A stretch of DNA of 64,000 bases from a candidate division WOR-3 bacterium (GTDB lineage: Bacteria; Hydrothermota; Tepidihabitantia; Tepidihabitantales; Tepidihabitantaceae): NCBI GenBank assembly GCA_965648905.1, contig CBFGIT010000017.1:1-64000 (forward strand), read 5' to 3'. Made by a program: the position numbers and the translations under genes. Below, one piece after another: positions 19,369-29,541 of this stretch; positions within the stretch are counted from its first letter, which is position 1; each line of letters begins with the position of its first letter. Below the pieces are notes generated by a model, which did not search any database, had not been told where the DNA came from, and saw only the letters and a program-made list of their open reading frames with translations.

Positions 19369-20736
19369 ATGAGGCAGTCGAAGCAGCGTGTGCTTGTGGT
19401 CGAGGACGACCTGAAGACCCGGCGGCTCGTCGCCGAGTTCGTTACCGAACAGGGGTACGAGGTTCTTGAGGCCCGAGACGGCACCGAAGCACTGGAACAG
19501 GTGCGGAAGCACGACGTCAACCTTGTGGTGTTGGACTACCAGTTGCCTGACTTCGATGGGCTGAGAGTGCTGAACGAGTTCAAGAAAGTCCGTGCTGGGC
19601 TGCCGGTCATCATGGTGTCCGGACATGGGACCGTCAAATTGGCGGTTGAAGCGACGAAGCAGGGAGCATACGACTTTCTGGAGAAGCCGCTCGACGCTGA
19701 CCAGCTCATCCTGAGAATCAAGAACGCGCTGGAGTGGGATTCGTTGCAGCGCGAGGTTGCCGCGCTCAGGCAGGAGGTTTTTGCCCGGAGTCAGATGGTG
19801 GGCGATTCGCCGGCAATGCGCCGGCTGCGGGAGATGATAGACCGGTCTGCGCCGTCCAAGGCGACAGTGTTGATCCTTGGTGAGAGCGGAGTGGGCAAGG
19901 AGCTTGTCGCCCGCGCGGTCTACCGTCAGAGCCTGGTCTCGGACGGGCCCTATGTCCGCATCAACTGCGCAGCAATACCAGACGAACTAGTCGAAAGCGA
20001 GTTGTTTGGCTACGAGCGGGGAGCGTTTACCGGTGCGGTCGCGGCAAAGCCGGGCAAGCTCGAACTGGCCGACGGCGGAACGGTGTTCCTTGATGAAATC
20101 GGGGACATGAGCCTGCCGGTGCAGGCGCGGCTGCTGCGGTTTCTGCAGGAGGGAGAATTCGAGCGGGTCGGAGGAACGAAGACGCTGCCAGTCGACGTCC
20201 GGGTGATTGCCGCGACTAACAAGAACCTGACTGCGGAAATCGAGCAGCGCCGGTTCCGCGAAGACCTCTACTACCGGCTGAGTGTTGTCGTGTTGGAGGT
20301 GCCGCCGCTGCGCGAGCGGACTGAGGACATTCCGGCACTCGCTCGCTTCTTTCTTGACCGTTTCTGTGCTGAGCATGGTGTACCGGTCAAGACGTTCTCT
20401 TCTGACGCTCTCAGCGTGCTGGCAAGTCAGCCCTGGCCGGGCAATGTCCGCGAGTTCGCCAACGTCGTCCAGCGCTGCGTGGTCCTGCTCAGAAAACAGG
20501 AGCTCTCGGCCCGCGACATTGCTCCGCTGCTGGGAACCGCAGGCACGGCGCGGGCCGGTCGGTCCTTGCGGGCAGTGCGCGAGGATGCCGAGCGCCGGCA
20601 CGTGCTCAGCGTACTGGCCGAGTGCGACTGGCACATGACCGAGGCCGCCCGCGTGCTGGAAGTGGACAGAACCACTCTCTACCGCATGCTCGACCGCCTC
20701 GGAGTCTTGGGCGAGAGCTACGACCGAAGCGGCTGA
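19369..20736 (+). CDS. sigma54-dependent NtrC-family response regulator
   Basis: Receiver domain, GESGVGKE, GAFTGA, FLDEIG, WPGNVRE, C-terminal Fis-type HTH. Confidence 0.95.
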   Translation: MRQSKQRVLVVEDDLKTRRLVAEFVTEQGYEVLEARDGTEALEQVRKHDVNLVVLDYQLPDFDGLRVLNEFKKVRAGLPVIMVSGHGTVKLAVEATKQGAYDFLEKPLDADQLILRIKNALEWDSLQREVAALRQEVFARSQMVGDSPAMRRLREMIDRSAPSKATVLILGESGVGKELVARAVYRQSLVSDGPYVRINCAAIPDELVESELFGYERGAFTGAVAAKPGKLELADGGTVFLDEIGDMSLPVQARLLRFLQEGEFERVGGTKTLPVDVRVIAATNKNLTAEIEQRRFREDLYYRLSVVVLEVPPLRERTEDIPALARFFLDRFCAEHGVPVKTFSSDALSVLASQPWPGNVREFANVVQRCVVLLRKQELSARDIAPLLGTAGTARAGRSLRAVREDAERRHVLSVLAECDWHMTEAARVLEVDRTTLYRMLDRLGVLGESYDRSG

Positions 20737-20772
20737 GGTACAAGCCTGCCAGGCTGAGCAGGACACTGGGAT

Positions 20773-20812
20773 TGTGGCATCAGCGCTACAGCACTGTGGC
20801 GCCGACGCCACG
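20773..20812 (+). promoter_or_regulatory. Paired enhancer-like palindromes (putative activator binding sites)
   Basis: TGTGGCATCAGCGCTACA (20773-20790) and TGTGGCGCCGACGCCACG (20795-20812), starts 22 bp apart. Confidence 0.6.
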
Positions 20813-20843
20813 TTTCAGGCTGTATTCCGGTACAGACAGGGAC

Positions 20844-20859
20844 TGGCATGGGTTGTGCA
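20844..20859 (+). promoter_or_regulatory. sigma54 -24/-12 promoter
   Basis: TGGCATGGGTTGTGCA has the exact GG-N10-GC spacing and lies just downstream of a GAFTGA activator gene. Confidence 0.75.
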
Positions 20860-20946
20860 AAGGGGGACAGGACTCTGAACCCTGCTGTTCTGGCGAAGGC
20901 AGGTTTCGGTGAGTCTGGAAAAGCTCAATCGACGAAAGGAGATGTC

Positions 20947-21645
20947 ATGAAAAGGCACGCAGTCCTGACCCTGCTTACACTCTGCGCGATCGCTGCGGCT
21001 CAGTACGAGTTGCTTTGGGAGTCCGAAGAAATCGGATTCCCGCAGTCCATCCATGTGGTTGGCATTCAGAACACCGACCTAGACCCCCAGCCCGAACTCG
21101 TCTTTCGCGGCGAAGAACCTTTGCGCGAGGGCTATCTCTACCTCTGGGCACTTGACCTCCTGACCGGCGAGACTGAAGAGGTTACCGACGAGTTCTACAG
21201 CATTTACGCTGAACCAGGCAGAGAGCCAAGACTCGTGGACGTGGACGGCGACGGGAGATACGAGATTCTCTTCCTTGCTCAATCGGAAGCCGGTGACCTC
21301 CCGGCGTGGTATCTGTATGGTGTCTCTGCTAGCAGTGGCAACGGTGTCCGGAAGTACACCCGCCTGCGCGGCCCCAGGCTTGGGCAGAATACACCCAATC
21401 CGCTGAACAAGAAGACCCGCATCGACTTTGACCTACCGACTCCGGGCCGGGCGGCAATCACTATCTTCGACCAAGCCGGCCGCCAGGTCAGGCGTATTGA
21501 GACCGGCAGGCTCGAAGCAGGTCAGCACTCGGTTGACTGGTCGCGCGACGACGCCAGCGGGTTGCTGGTCCCGGCCGGCGCGTACTTCTACGAGCTGGAA
21601 GCTGCCGGGCAGAAGACGACCCGCAAGGCGCTTGTGGTTGAGTAG
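20947..21645 (+). CDS. Small exported FG-GAP protein with FlgD/T9SS type A-like C-terminal domain
   Basis: AAGGAG RBS, signal peptide, VDVDGDGRYEILF, QNTPNP...IFDQAGRQVR...GAYFYEL...RKALVVE. Confidence 0.8.
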   Translation: MKRHAVLTLLTLCAIAAAQYELLWESEEIGFPQSIHVVGIQNTDLDPQPELVFRGEEPLREGYLYLWALDLLTGETEEVTDEFYSIYAEPGREPRLVDVDGDGRYEILFLAQSEAGDLPAWYLYGVSASSGNGVRKYTRLRGPRLGQNTPNPLNKKTRIDFDLPTPGRAAITIFDQAGRQVRRIETGRLEAGQHSVDWSRDDASGLLVPAGAYFYELEAAGQKTTRKALVVE

Positions 21646-21774
21646 TCCGCTCAAGCGATAATCGGTGACCGGCCGCAGGTGATGTGTGGTACGTTCCGCC
21701 CGAGATGTGACTTGCTCGCCCTTGCGGGCAGTTCCATTCCGGCGAGGGTCGTTGTGGTAGAATAGGAGGTCCGG

Positions 21775-23850
21775 ATGAAGGTGCTCAGTGTGCTGGTGGC
21801 TGCAAGCTGCTGGCTGTCAGTTGCATCGGCGCAGTGGCTGGAGACCACTGTCTACTTGCCGGATTCGTTTGGCGGGCTCAGCAGACCGACCTGTTGCGCG
21901 TACGACTCAGTGAACGACCTTATCTGGGTCGGCGGTTGGCGCGGGTTCTGCGTCCTGGCCATTGATGGAATCTCTAACGAGAAGGTCGCGCGTGTGCCGA
22001 CGTACCAGGACGTCAGGGCGCTGGTCTACAACCCGACCAGCAACAAGGTGTACTGCGCCCACGGGGACGCCGACGCGGTCGGCATCATCGATGCCGCGAC
22101 CCGCCGGCCGCTTGCCTTTGTCACGGTCGGAGACGAGCCTCTCGCACTCTGCTACAACTCGCAGGACAACAAGGTCTACTGCGCGAACTACTTCAGCGAC
22201 GACGTGACCGTGATTGACGGTGCGACGAACGAGGTCCTGGCCACAGTAGAAGTTGGCTGGGGGCCGAATGACATTTGCTACAGCTCGCGAAGCAACAAAG
22301 TGTACTGCGGGTGCTTCGATGGCTCAAGGGTAGTCGCAATAGATGGTCACACGAATCAGGTGGTCTCGACCCTGCACGCGGGTCACCCATGGGCTCTCTG
22401 TTATGGCGCGCGCGGCAACCGTGTCTACTGCACGGACATCGCGAACGACGAGCTGAACGTCATCGACTGCGCGTTAGATTCGGTCGTGGCAACGCTCAGG
22501 CCAGGAAACCGTCCGAGGGCGCTGTGCTACAATCAGAAGGAGAACAAGGTCTACTGTGCGAACGGCGACAATGATGTGGTCGCCGTAATCGACGCCGTCG
22601 CGGACACAATGGTCATCAGCGTCGTCACGGGTTCGGTCCCGGCCGCGGTGTGGTGCAACTTTGAGGACAACAAGGTCTACATCGCGGACTATGGCGGTAA
22701 CGGCGTAACCGTGATTGACGGCCGGACCAATGCCGTGATTGCCAACGTGCCGGCGGGACGCGCATCCATCAATCTGTGCGGGAACCCGGCGTACGACAAG
22801 GTCTACTGCGCGAACTGCTGGAGCGGGACGGTTACGGTCCTCGACGGCGCGGGTGACTCGGTCCTGGGCACGGTCGTCGTTGGAGGAAACCCTTGCATGC
22901 TGTGCTACAACACCGCAAACAACAAGCTGTACTGCGCCAACGGGCTCGGCAACGTCACCGTCATCGACGGAGTTCGGGATTCGGTTATCGATACGGTTCC
23001 GCTTGGGTATGACCCGATTGACATGGTCTACAACTCGGTTGATAATCGAGTCTGTGCAGCAGGGCACACCGATACCTGCGTCACGGTGATTGATGGCCAG
23101 ACCGACTCGATAGTGGCGACGGTCGTCATGCCCCGTGGCTTCTCCATCGGGCTCTGCTATGCCGGCGACCTTGACCGCTTGTACTCGGCCAACAACTCTG
23201 CCAACAACGTCACAGTAATCGACGGCCAGACGAACGAGATACTGGCGACCGTACCTGTCGAACCCTGGCCGTGCGCCATCTGCTACAATCCCCGGGACCA
23301 CAAGGTCTACTGCGCGAGCGAGGTGGAGAACGCTGTCACAATCATCGACGCGTTGACGAACCGGTGGCTTGCCGCACTCGCCGTCGGCGCGGCTCCTGCC
23401 GACCTCTGCTACAGCCCGCAGACCAACATGGTCTACTGCACGAGCGCCGGCGACCGCACTGTGACTGTCATTGATGGGGCCGCGGATACGGTCGTCGAGA
23501 CCATTATGATGGACTTCCGGTCCACGAAGATGTGCGATAACCCGGTCAGCGGGCGAGTCTACTGCCTGAACACTGACGAAAGCAGTGTCTCGGTGGTTCG
23601 TGACAGCCTGCCGTACGGCTGCGAGGAAGCCACTGAGTCTGTCGCGCTGAGCCGCAGGCTCGACCCGACCATCGTCCGTGGCGCGCTGTGGCTGGGCGCG
23701 GAGCCGGCCATACTCGACGTCGCCGGCCGCAAGGTCATGGAACTGCATCCTGGCTCGAACACCATGCGCGGTCTTGCGCCGGGCGTGTACTTTGTTCGCT
23801 CTGCGCCGTCAGCGGTCCGAAGGGTTGTTGTGATGAGATTAGGAGGATAG
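21775..23850 (+). CDS. Exported YVTN/YncE-type beta-propeller protein (14 repeats) with tail
   Basis: Signal peptide MKVLSVLVAASCWLSVASA, 14 repeats, tail GRKVMELHPGSNTMRGLAPGVYF. Confidence 0.88.
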   Translation: MKVLSVLVAASCWLSVASAQWLETTVYLPDSFGGLSRPTCCAYDSVNDLIWVGGWRGFCVLAIDGISNEKVARVPTYQDVRALVYNPTSNKVYCAHGDADAVGIIDAATRRPLAFVTVGDEPLALCYNSQDNKVYCANYFSDDVTVIDGATNEVLATVEVGWGPNDICYSSRSNKVYCGCFDGSRVVAIDGHTNQVVSTLHAGHPWALCYGARGNRVYCTDIANDELNVIDCALDSVVATLRPGNRPRALCYNQKENKVYCANGDNDVVAVIDAVADTMVISVVTGSVPAAVWCNFEDNKVYIADYGGNGVTVIDGRTNAVIANVPAGRASINLCGNPAYDKVYCANCWSGTVTVLDGAGDSVLGTVVVGGNPCMLCYNTANNKLYCANGLGNVTVIDGVRDSVIDTVPLGYDPIDMVYNSVDNRVCAAGHTDTCVTVIDGQTDSIVATVVMPRGFSIGLCYAGDLDRLYSANNSANNVTVIDGQTNEILATVPVEPWPCAICYNPRDHKVYCASEVENAVTIIDALTNRWLAALAVGAAPADLCYSPQTNMVYCTSAGDRTVTVIDGAADTVVETIMMDFRSTKMCDNPVSGRVYCLNTDESSVSVVRDSLPYGCEEATESVALSRRLDPTIVRGALWLGAEPAILDVAGRKVMELHPGSNTMRGLAPGVYFVRSAPSAVRRVVVMRLGG

Positions 23851-24767
23851 CATGAGGCGTTTCTGTCTGTTGCTCGCGGCGCTGGCAGCAGCGGGGTCCT
23901 GCGAGTATTACGTCGAGAGCGTGCTTTGTACTGTTGACCGCATTGTTGGCGGCCGCCTGGTTACGGACCTGCTGTACGACTCGGTTGACAACAAGGTCTA
24001 TGTTGGTGCGGAGAGCATCGTCGTGACTGATGGTACGACCAGCCGCAAGATTGCCTGCATTCCGTGCGGCGGTGCCAGATTGGGTCTGAATCCGGTCAGC
24101 CGAAGGCTGTATGCGCTGCACGATTCACTCCGCATCATCGACATCGCGACACGAACGGTCGTCCGTTCGCTGCGCGGTGACTACGACACGCGTGCGAAGA
24201 CGGTGCTCGCATACTGCTCGGCGAGCAACAAGCTGTACTTCTCGAACGGCGCTACAATGAGTATGGACGTGTTCGACGGGGCCTCAGACAGTCTGCTGCG
24301 GACGATTCCCAACGTAGACCACGGCGATATTGTGTACAGCCCATCGAGCAACAAAGTCTACTGCCGAGAGATAGATGACTGCGTGTTCGCGGTTTTCGAC
24401 TGCGTTGCCGACTCGGTCATTGGTCGAATACCGATCCCCGGTGGCTCGGTTCAGTGGTGGCCAGTGTGCTACGACCCGGACGACGACCGTATCTATTGCG
24501 GCGGCGACGATGCCGTACTCGTCATCGACTGCGCAACCGACAGCTCGTGGACAGTCCCCAATTCGTGTGGCCTGGGCTTCTTGGTCTATTGCTCGGGCAC
24601 CAACAGCGTATACGGACTGAGTGAAGAGAACGTCGTCCGGATTGACTGTGCTTCAGACAGCGTCGTGCACACTCTTCGGCTGCCTGTACAACACGACCTG
24701 TACGGCCAGTGGTACAGCCCGACCGCCAACAAGCTCTACTGTGTTGGCGACGACAACGAGGTTTTCG

Positions 24768-26215
24768 GGTATTGTCCCAGAAGTTGGGGGTCATGAGGCT
24801 GTGACCTTTTCGAGAGTGAGGGTGACTTTGCCCAGAATCCGCAGCCGCTGGTGCCAGTAGGCGGTCCATTCGCCGGCGCTGGTGACGCGTTTGATGATTA
24901 TCCGCGCCATCTTCGCCGCACCACGCTCGCTCCAGCCGAAGGCGATCCGTTTCAGCCGGCGACCAAGCTCACGCATCAGCCGCTCAATCATCGACGACGC
25001 CCGCGGCACCACCAGTCCTGACTCCAACCACCAGCGCACGTAGGTGAAAAGCCGATCCTTGGCGTAGCAGATGTACCTGGCCGCACGTTTGTAGCCGCGG
25101 GCCTCCAGCGTACCGACCAGCCCCGCAAGCTGCCGCTCTGCCGCCACCGTCGTCTGGCGAATGTCCTCTTTGTCCTTTTCCGACACCTGCTCGAAGTCCT
25201 CGGCCGGCAGCTCAATGCCGACGATACCGGCCAACTGAGACTGCGCCTGTCGGCGCTCGCCCTTGCCCGCTCCGTCCATCCACATGAACCGGTCCAGGTC
25301 ATGGACCTGGTGCCAGTGGCAGCGCTGTTGGTCGCGCACCAGATGAGCCAGACCCTCCGCCAGTCCAGGCTCACCGTCACTAACCAGGACGTCGGCAATC
25401 GGCTCGGCCCCGACCGGCCCCATCGCCGCGCCAATCTCGCTCCACGACTTACCGCTCCAGGCACCCAGGGGCACTACCGTGCCTTGGCTGGTAACACCCA
25501 GGGCCAGTCGCAACTCGCCGCCGTTGTCCACCCCGTGCTGGACGTCGGGGCGACGCTTGTATCCGGTGCCGTCGGCAAAGAGCAGGGGGCCTCGCTTGCC
25601 GTCGACCGCTATCTCGTCGCAATCGCTGAGCGTGACCCAGCGGTGGGCCGTGCTCTTGGGCACCGGGATTTCGCCAATCAGTGCCAGATGCCGAGATAGC
25701 CGCCGGTAGTTCTGCTCGGCGACGACCTCGGTTACCACCCGTTCCAGTTCTGCGGTCTTGGCTTGATAGGGCTCAAGACCGGTGAACTCACGCAGCGGGA
25801 TGCAGCTTCGGCCGCAGCCGCAGCAGCGTAGCCGTCGCCACCGCAGTCGGACCGTCCCGATGCTGGTACGCAGCCGCCGTTCCAGCCGGTCCTGCAACTC
25901 GTAGCGCGGAGTCTCACAACAGGGCTTCGGCCGCCAGCCGCGGCTGCGGTCGATGATTCCCCGGCAGAGCCAGGCGTCGACCAGTTCCAGCAGCAGGCTC
26001 ACAAAACCGGCCATCCCGTTGCGTTCAAAGAGCACCTTGGTCTTGACCACCAGCTCGTCCAAAGAGAAACCGTCCTCGGCTAGTACAGCTGCCAGTTCTA
26101 ATGCTATACTCTTCTTCATGGCCTGAGTTCTCCTGTCTAGGGTTTGACGTTCCATAGAACCATAGACAAACTCAGGCCATATTGCCACTTCACCCCCAGC
26201 TTCTGGGACGATACC
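24768..26215 (-). mobile_element. Complete 1448-bp insertion sequence, ISH6-like (IS256/mutator superfamily)
   Basis: 24-bp terminal IRs GGTATTGTCCCAGAAGTTGGGGGT (2 mismatches) and an 8-bp target duplication GGTTTTCG at 24760-24767 and 26216-26223. Confidence 0.92.
24791..26119 (-). CDS. DDE transposase (ISH6/UPF0236-like), 442 aa
   Basis: FADGTG, VSDGE, QRCHWH (CxxH), SSMIERLMRE; AGGAG RBS before MKKSIA. Confidence 0.88.
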   Translation of the reverse strand: MKKSIALELAAVLAEDGFSLDELVVKTKVLFERNGMAGFVSLLLELVDAWLCRGIIDRSRGWRPKPCCETPRYELQDRLERRLRTSIGTVRLRWRRLRCCGCGRSCIPLREFTGLEPYQAKTAELERVVTEVVAEQNYRRLSRHLALIGEIPVPKSTAHRWVTLSDCDEIAVDGKRGPLLFADGTGYKRRPDVQHGVDNGGELRLALGVTSQGTVVPLGAWSGKSWSEIGAAMGPVGAEPIADVLVSDGEPGLAEGLAHLVRDQQRCHWHQVHDLDRFMWMDGAGKGERRQAQSQLAGIVGIELPAEDFEQVSEKDKEDIRQTTVAAERQLAGLVGTLEARGYKRAARYICYAKDRLFTYVRWWLESGLVVPRASSMIERLMRELGRRLKRIAFGWSERGAAKMARIIIKRVTSAGEWTAYWHQRLRILGKVTLTLEKVTAS

Positions 26216-27722
26216 GGTTTTCGTCATTGATTGCCGCAACGACTCGATTGTGGCCGTGGTCGACGGAGTCCCAAGCGAGCCCCGCACGCCGTTCTGCGAC
26301 AACTCCAGAGACGACCTCGTGTATGTCGGTGCCGAGGAGTGGGGCGTCGTGAGCGTTATCGACGGGGTCCTGGACCAGGTAGCATCCATCATCCTGACCG
26401 GGCCGCGCGAGTCCTACGCCGACCTCTGCTACGTGCCTGCGCGAGACCGACTCTACTGCCTGTACTATGAAGGCGCGATGTACCTGGTCGACTGTGCGAA
26501 CGTGCGGCTCGGCGGGACTCGGATGCTCACTTGCCATACCGGCTTCATCGGCCTCGGCGACACGAAAGCGTACTGCCTGGACGGTATTGGTGAGCGTATT
26601 GTGGCCCTGGGCGGGAGCCGGGATTCGGTCGTCGGAGTCATACCCTGCGACCGCGTGGGCGGACCTGCGGCCATTGTTAGCGAGTCTGGGAAGTTGTACT
26701 GCCGGCAGGCCGATTCGAGTCTGGCCGTGTTCGACCTGGCGGGCGACTCGTTGTTCCGCGTCGTGAACGTGCCGCACCGATTCGGCGCGCTGGTTCCGGA
26801 CCCCACGCGCGGCCGGCTGTTCATCGGCGGGACGTGGGGCCAGAGCAGGTTTTCGGTGCTCGACGCGAGGGCAGACACGCTGTTGGCATCCATCGTGCTT
26901 GGTCTTGACCCGTGCTCCTACGCCTACAGCCCAGCACAGAACCGGCTGTATGCGTTCACCCTGACCGACCGGGCCCTGGTTGTGGACTGCTCGCTGTACC
27001 AGGTCGTTCGCACTTTGCTCGTGCCGCCGAGAATCGGACGGTCGCTCTGGAACCCGCGGAACGACCGGGTCTACGCGGTCGTCGGCGGGTCGATTCTAGT
27101 GGTGCTCGATTGCGCCCGAGACAGTGTGGTCGCGTACTGCTACCTTGGTGATGGCGTGGGTCGGCTTGAACTTGACACTGCCGGGAATCGGCTCTTCGTC
27201 ACTACCGCGCACCAACTGCGGGTGTACGATTGTTGGGGAGATACGCTGGTGGCTTCTCTGGGCGTCGTCGGAGGCGGTCACATGGCTTGGTGTCCGGAAC
27301 ACCATCGGTTGTTCATCAGCACCAGCGAGACGACAGTAACGGTGGTGCGTGAGGCGGTCGGAGTAGAGGAAGTCCCTGATCCGCAAAGCCCAAGTCCGAG
27401 ACTGGATGCTACGGTCGTGCACGGCGTGCTGTGGCTCGGCGCAGGGACCGCACCTCGGTCTGGTGCGTCCGGCGCACTGGGGCTGTCCCGCGCCGGCCTG
27501 CTCGACGCAACCGGTCGCCGGGTCGCGGTGCTGGAGCCTGGACGCAACGACATCAGCCGGTTGCCCGCGGGGGTTTACGTCATCGTGGAACCTGGCCAGG
27601 CAAGTCGGAGAAAGGTGGTGAAGATGGAGTGAGACGCGAGCGGAGGCGCGGGCAACAAGGGGTTGTTTGCGTAATGACCGAGAAAGGAGACAGATGTGGA
27701 AAGGAATAGACTGAATGCAACG

Positions 27723-28052
27723 ATGACACGGCTGGCCTTGCTCGTCGTGGCGACGGCCGGCTTCGCCACTGAGTGGGTCCAACGATACAACGGCCCGGGG
27801 AACGGCAACGACGGCGTGCGAGCCGCAGCCTTGTCGCCGACCGGGTACCTCTATGCCACAGGCTACGCTGCCGGGCCGGACGCGTCGAGGGGGTCTGGGG
27901 AGACGATACTTAATTATCGATCGTCAATATGCGGGCAGGACAACCAAGGCCTGTCCACAGGCAACGGCGTCAACTCCAGCAAGCTGCAGACTGGTGGCGC
28001 AGCGGTGGAGCAGGAAGTGAGGCAACGCGCGTGGTTGACGTGGTTCTGCTAG
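27723..28052 (+). pseudogene. Truncated SBBP-type beta-propeller gene fragment
   Basis: Signal peptide, then one repeat WVQRYNGPGNGNDG..GYLYATGY, after which similarity ends. Confidence 0.5.
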
Positions 28053-28080
28053 GCGGCAGACTGTCTCGTGCGGAGATAGC

Positions 28081-29472
28081 GTGAATGCTTCCAGATTCCG
28101 GTTGATGCTTCTGGCCTGCTTCCTGCTGGCCGGCGGGGTGAGCTATGGCCAGCCCTACGTAGAGGACTCGATTGACGTCGGCGGAGCGTGGGTCGGCAGC
28201 ATGTGCTACAACTCGAGGGCCGACGTGGTGTACGGCCGGAGCTTCAGCGCGAGCTCGCTCTTCACCATCGACTGTGCTACGAACCGGGTCATCGAACGCT
28301 TCACCCTCGACGGACCTTGGTGCGGAGTCTACGATTCCATCGACAACAAGGCCTACTGGACATTCAGACCCGGGGATGCAGAATCAGTTCTCGTCGTCGA
28401 CGGCCGAACCCACCAGCGCCTGCGGGCCATTCCGGTGGAGTGGGCAGCGATTCCGATCTGGGACCCGATTGGCAACCGTGTCTGGGTGTCCTGCCATGAG
28501 GCAAACGAGGTTGCCTGCATCGACTGCAGGACCGACTCGGTCGTTGCCCGGGTCCACGTATGGCCCGGGCCGCTGAAGATGCACCTGAGCACCCGGCACC
28601 GCAGGCTCTACGTGCAATGCGATGAGGTGGCGAGGGTCTGCATAATTGACGCCGATAGCTTCCGTGTGGTGGGTAGCGTGGCAGTCAGGGAATACGCAAG
28701 GTCGGGGCTTTACTGCGAACAGGCGGACAAGTACTTCCATGGAGCGTTCGAGGAAGTGACCATCGTCGATGGACAGGGCGACACTGCTGTTGGAACGATA
28801 CCCTTGCCGTATCGGTCGATCGCCTGGTCAATGGACGAGAACTCTGAACTGGGCATGCTCTTTGTTGGAGCGGAGGAGGGCTCCACGATGCATGCCGTTC
28901 TCACTGTTGACATGCGAACGGACTCCGTCCTTCGGACCCTGCCGATTCCCCGAGGGCCTCAGCATCTTCTCTGGAGCTCGCACAGCGGCTGGCTATACTG
29001 CGCCTGTTACGACGGCTCGGTCGTGGTGATAGCTGGAGATGGTAGCCGAATCGCGCGGACTCTCCCGGTCGGTAGTAGCCCCTTCGTCCAGGTGCGCAGT
29101 CCGGTGCAGAACCGTATCTACGTCGGCTGTCTGAACAGCCGCTGGGTGTTTGTCATCAGGGACACCTCACTCGGAATCCAAGAGCCGTCACCAGTCCCGA
29201 GGCCCCGAACCACACGACTCGGCGTTTGGCCCAATCCCTTCTGCGGCTCGCTCACCATTGCCGGAGGTGGCCAGAACGGCCTGCCGTTGAGCATCTACGA
29301 TATTCACGGAAGGCTGGTTGCAGAACTTGCGTCCGCTCAATCGGGCGGCGGACGGCTGATAGCCGTCTGGGACGGACGCGATGCAACCGGCCGAAAACTG
29401 CCGCCCGGAGTGTACTGCATCAGGCAAACGGGGAGCAACGTTGCCCCTGTCCGCGTGGTGAAAGTGCGATAG
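28081..29472 (+). CDS. Exported YncE-type beta-propeller protein with FlgD/T9SS-like C-terminal domain
   Basis: Signal peptide, divergent YVTN repeats, VWPNPF...IYDIHGRLV...WDGRDATGRKLPPGVY. Confidence 0.82.
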   Translation: MNASRFRLMLLACFLLAGGVSYGQPYVEDSIDVGGAWVGSMCYNSRADVVYGRSFSASSLFTIDCATNRVIERFTLDGPWCGVYDSIDNKAYWTFRPGDAESVLVVDGRTHQRLRAIPVEWAAIPIWDPIGNRVWVSCHEANEVACIDCRTDSVVARVHVWPGPLKMHLSTRHRRLYVQCDEVARVCIIDADSFRVVGSVAVREYARSGLYCEQADKYFHGAFEEVTIVDGQGDTAVGTIPLPYRSIAWSMDENSELGMLFVGAEEGSTMHAVLTVDMRTDSVLRTLPIPRGPQHLLWSSHSGWLYCACYDGSVVVIAGDGSRIARTLPVGSSPFVQVRSPVQNRIYVGCLNSRWVFVIRDTSLGIQEPSPVPRPRTTRLGVWPNPFCGSLTIAGGGQNGLPLSIYDIHGRLVAELASAQSGGGRLIAVWDGRDATGRKLPPGVYCIRQTGSNVAPVRVVKVR

Positions 29473-29541
29473 ACAAAGCTGCGGGGCGCGGACGAGCAGC
29501 CCGGCTGCCCTGCGGCGACAAAGCCAGAACGAGGAGGAACC

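Larger units (their letters stand above)
23852..27632 (+). pseudogene. YVTN/YncE beta-propeller gene with tail, interrupted by an IS
   Basis: Removing 24768-26215 plus one GGTTTTCG copy joins ORF 23852 to ORF 26250 in frame (..DDNEVF-VIDCRNDSIVAVVDG..), giving 774 aa. Confidence 0.92.

Noticed and set aside
26120..26392. N-terminal extension of the 533-aa transposase ORF
   Set aside because: It runs past the IS end at 26215 into antisense host-gene sequence; the RBS supports a start at 26119.
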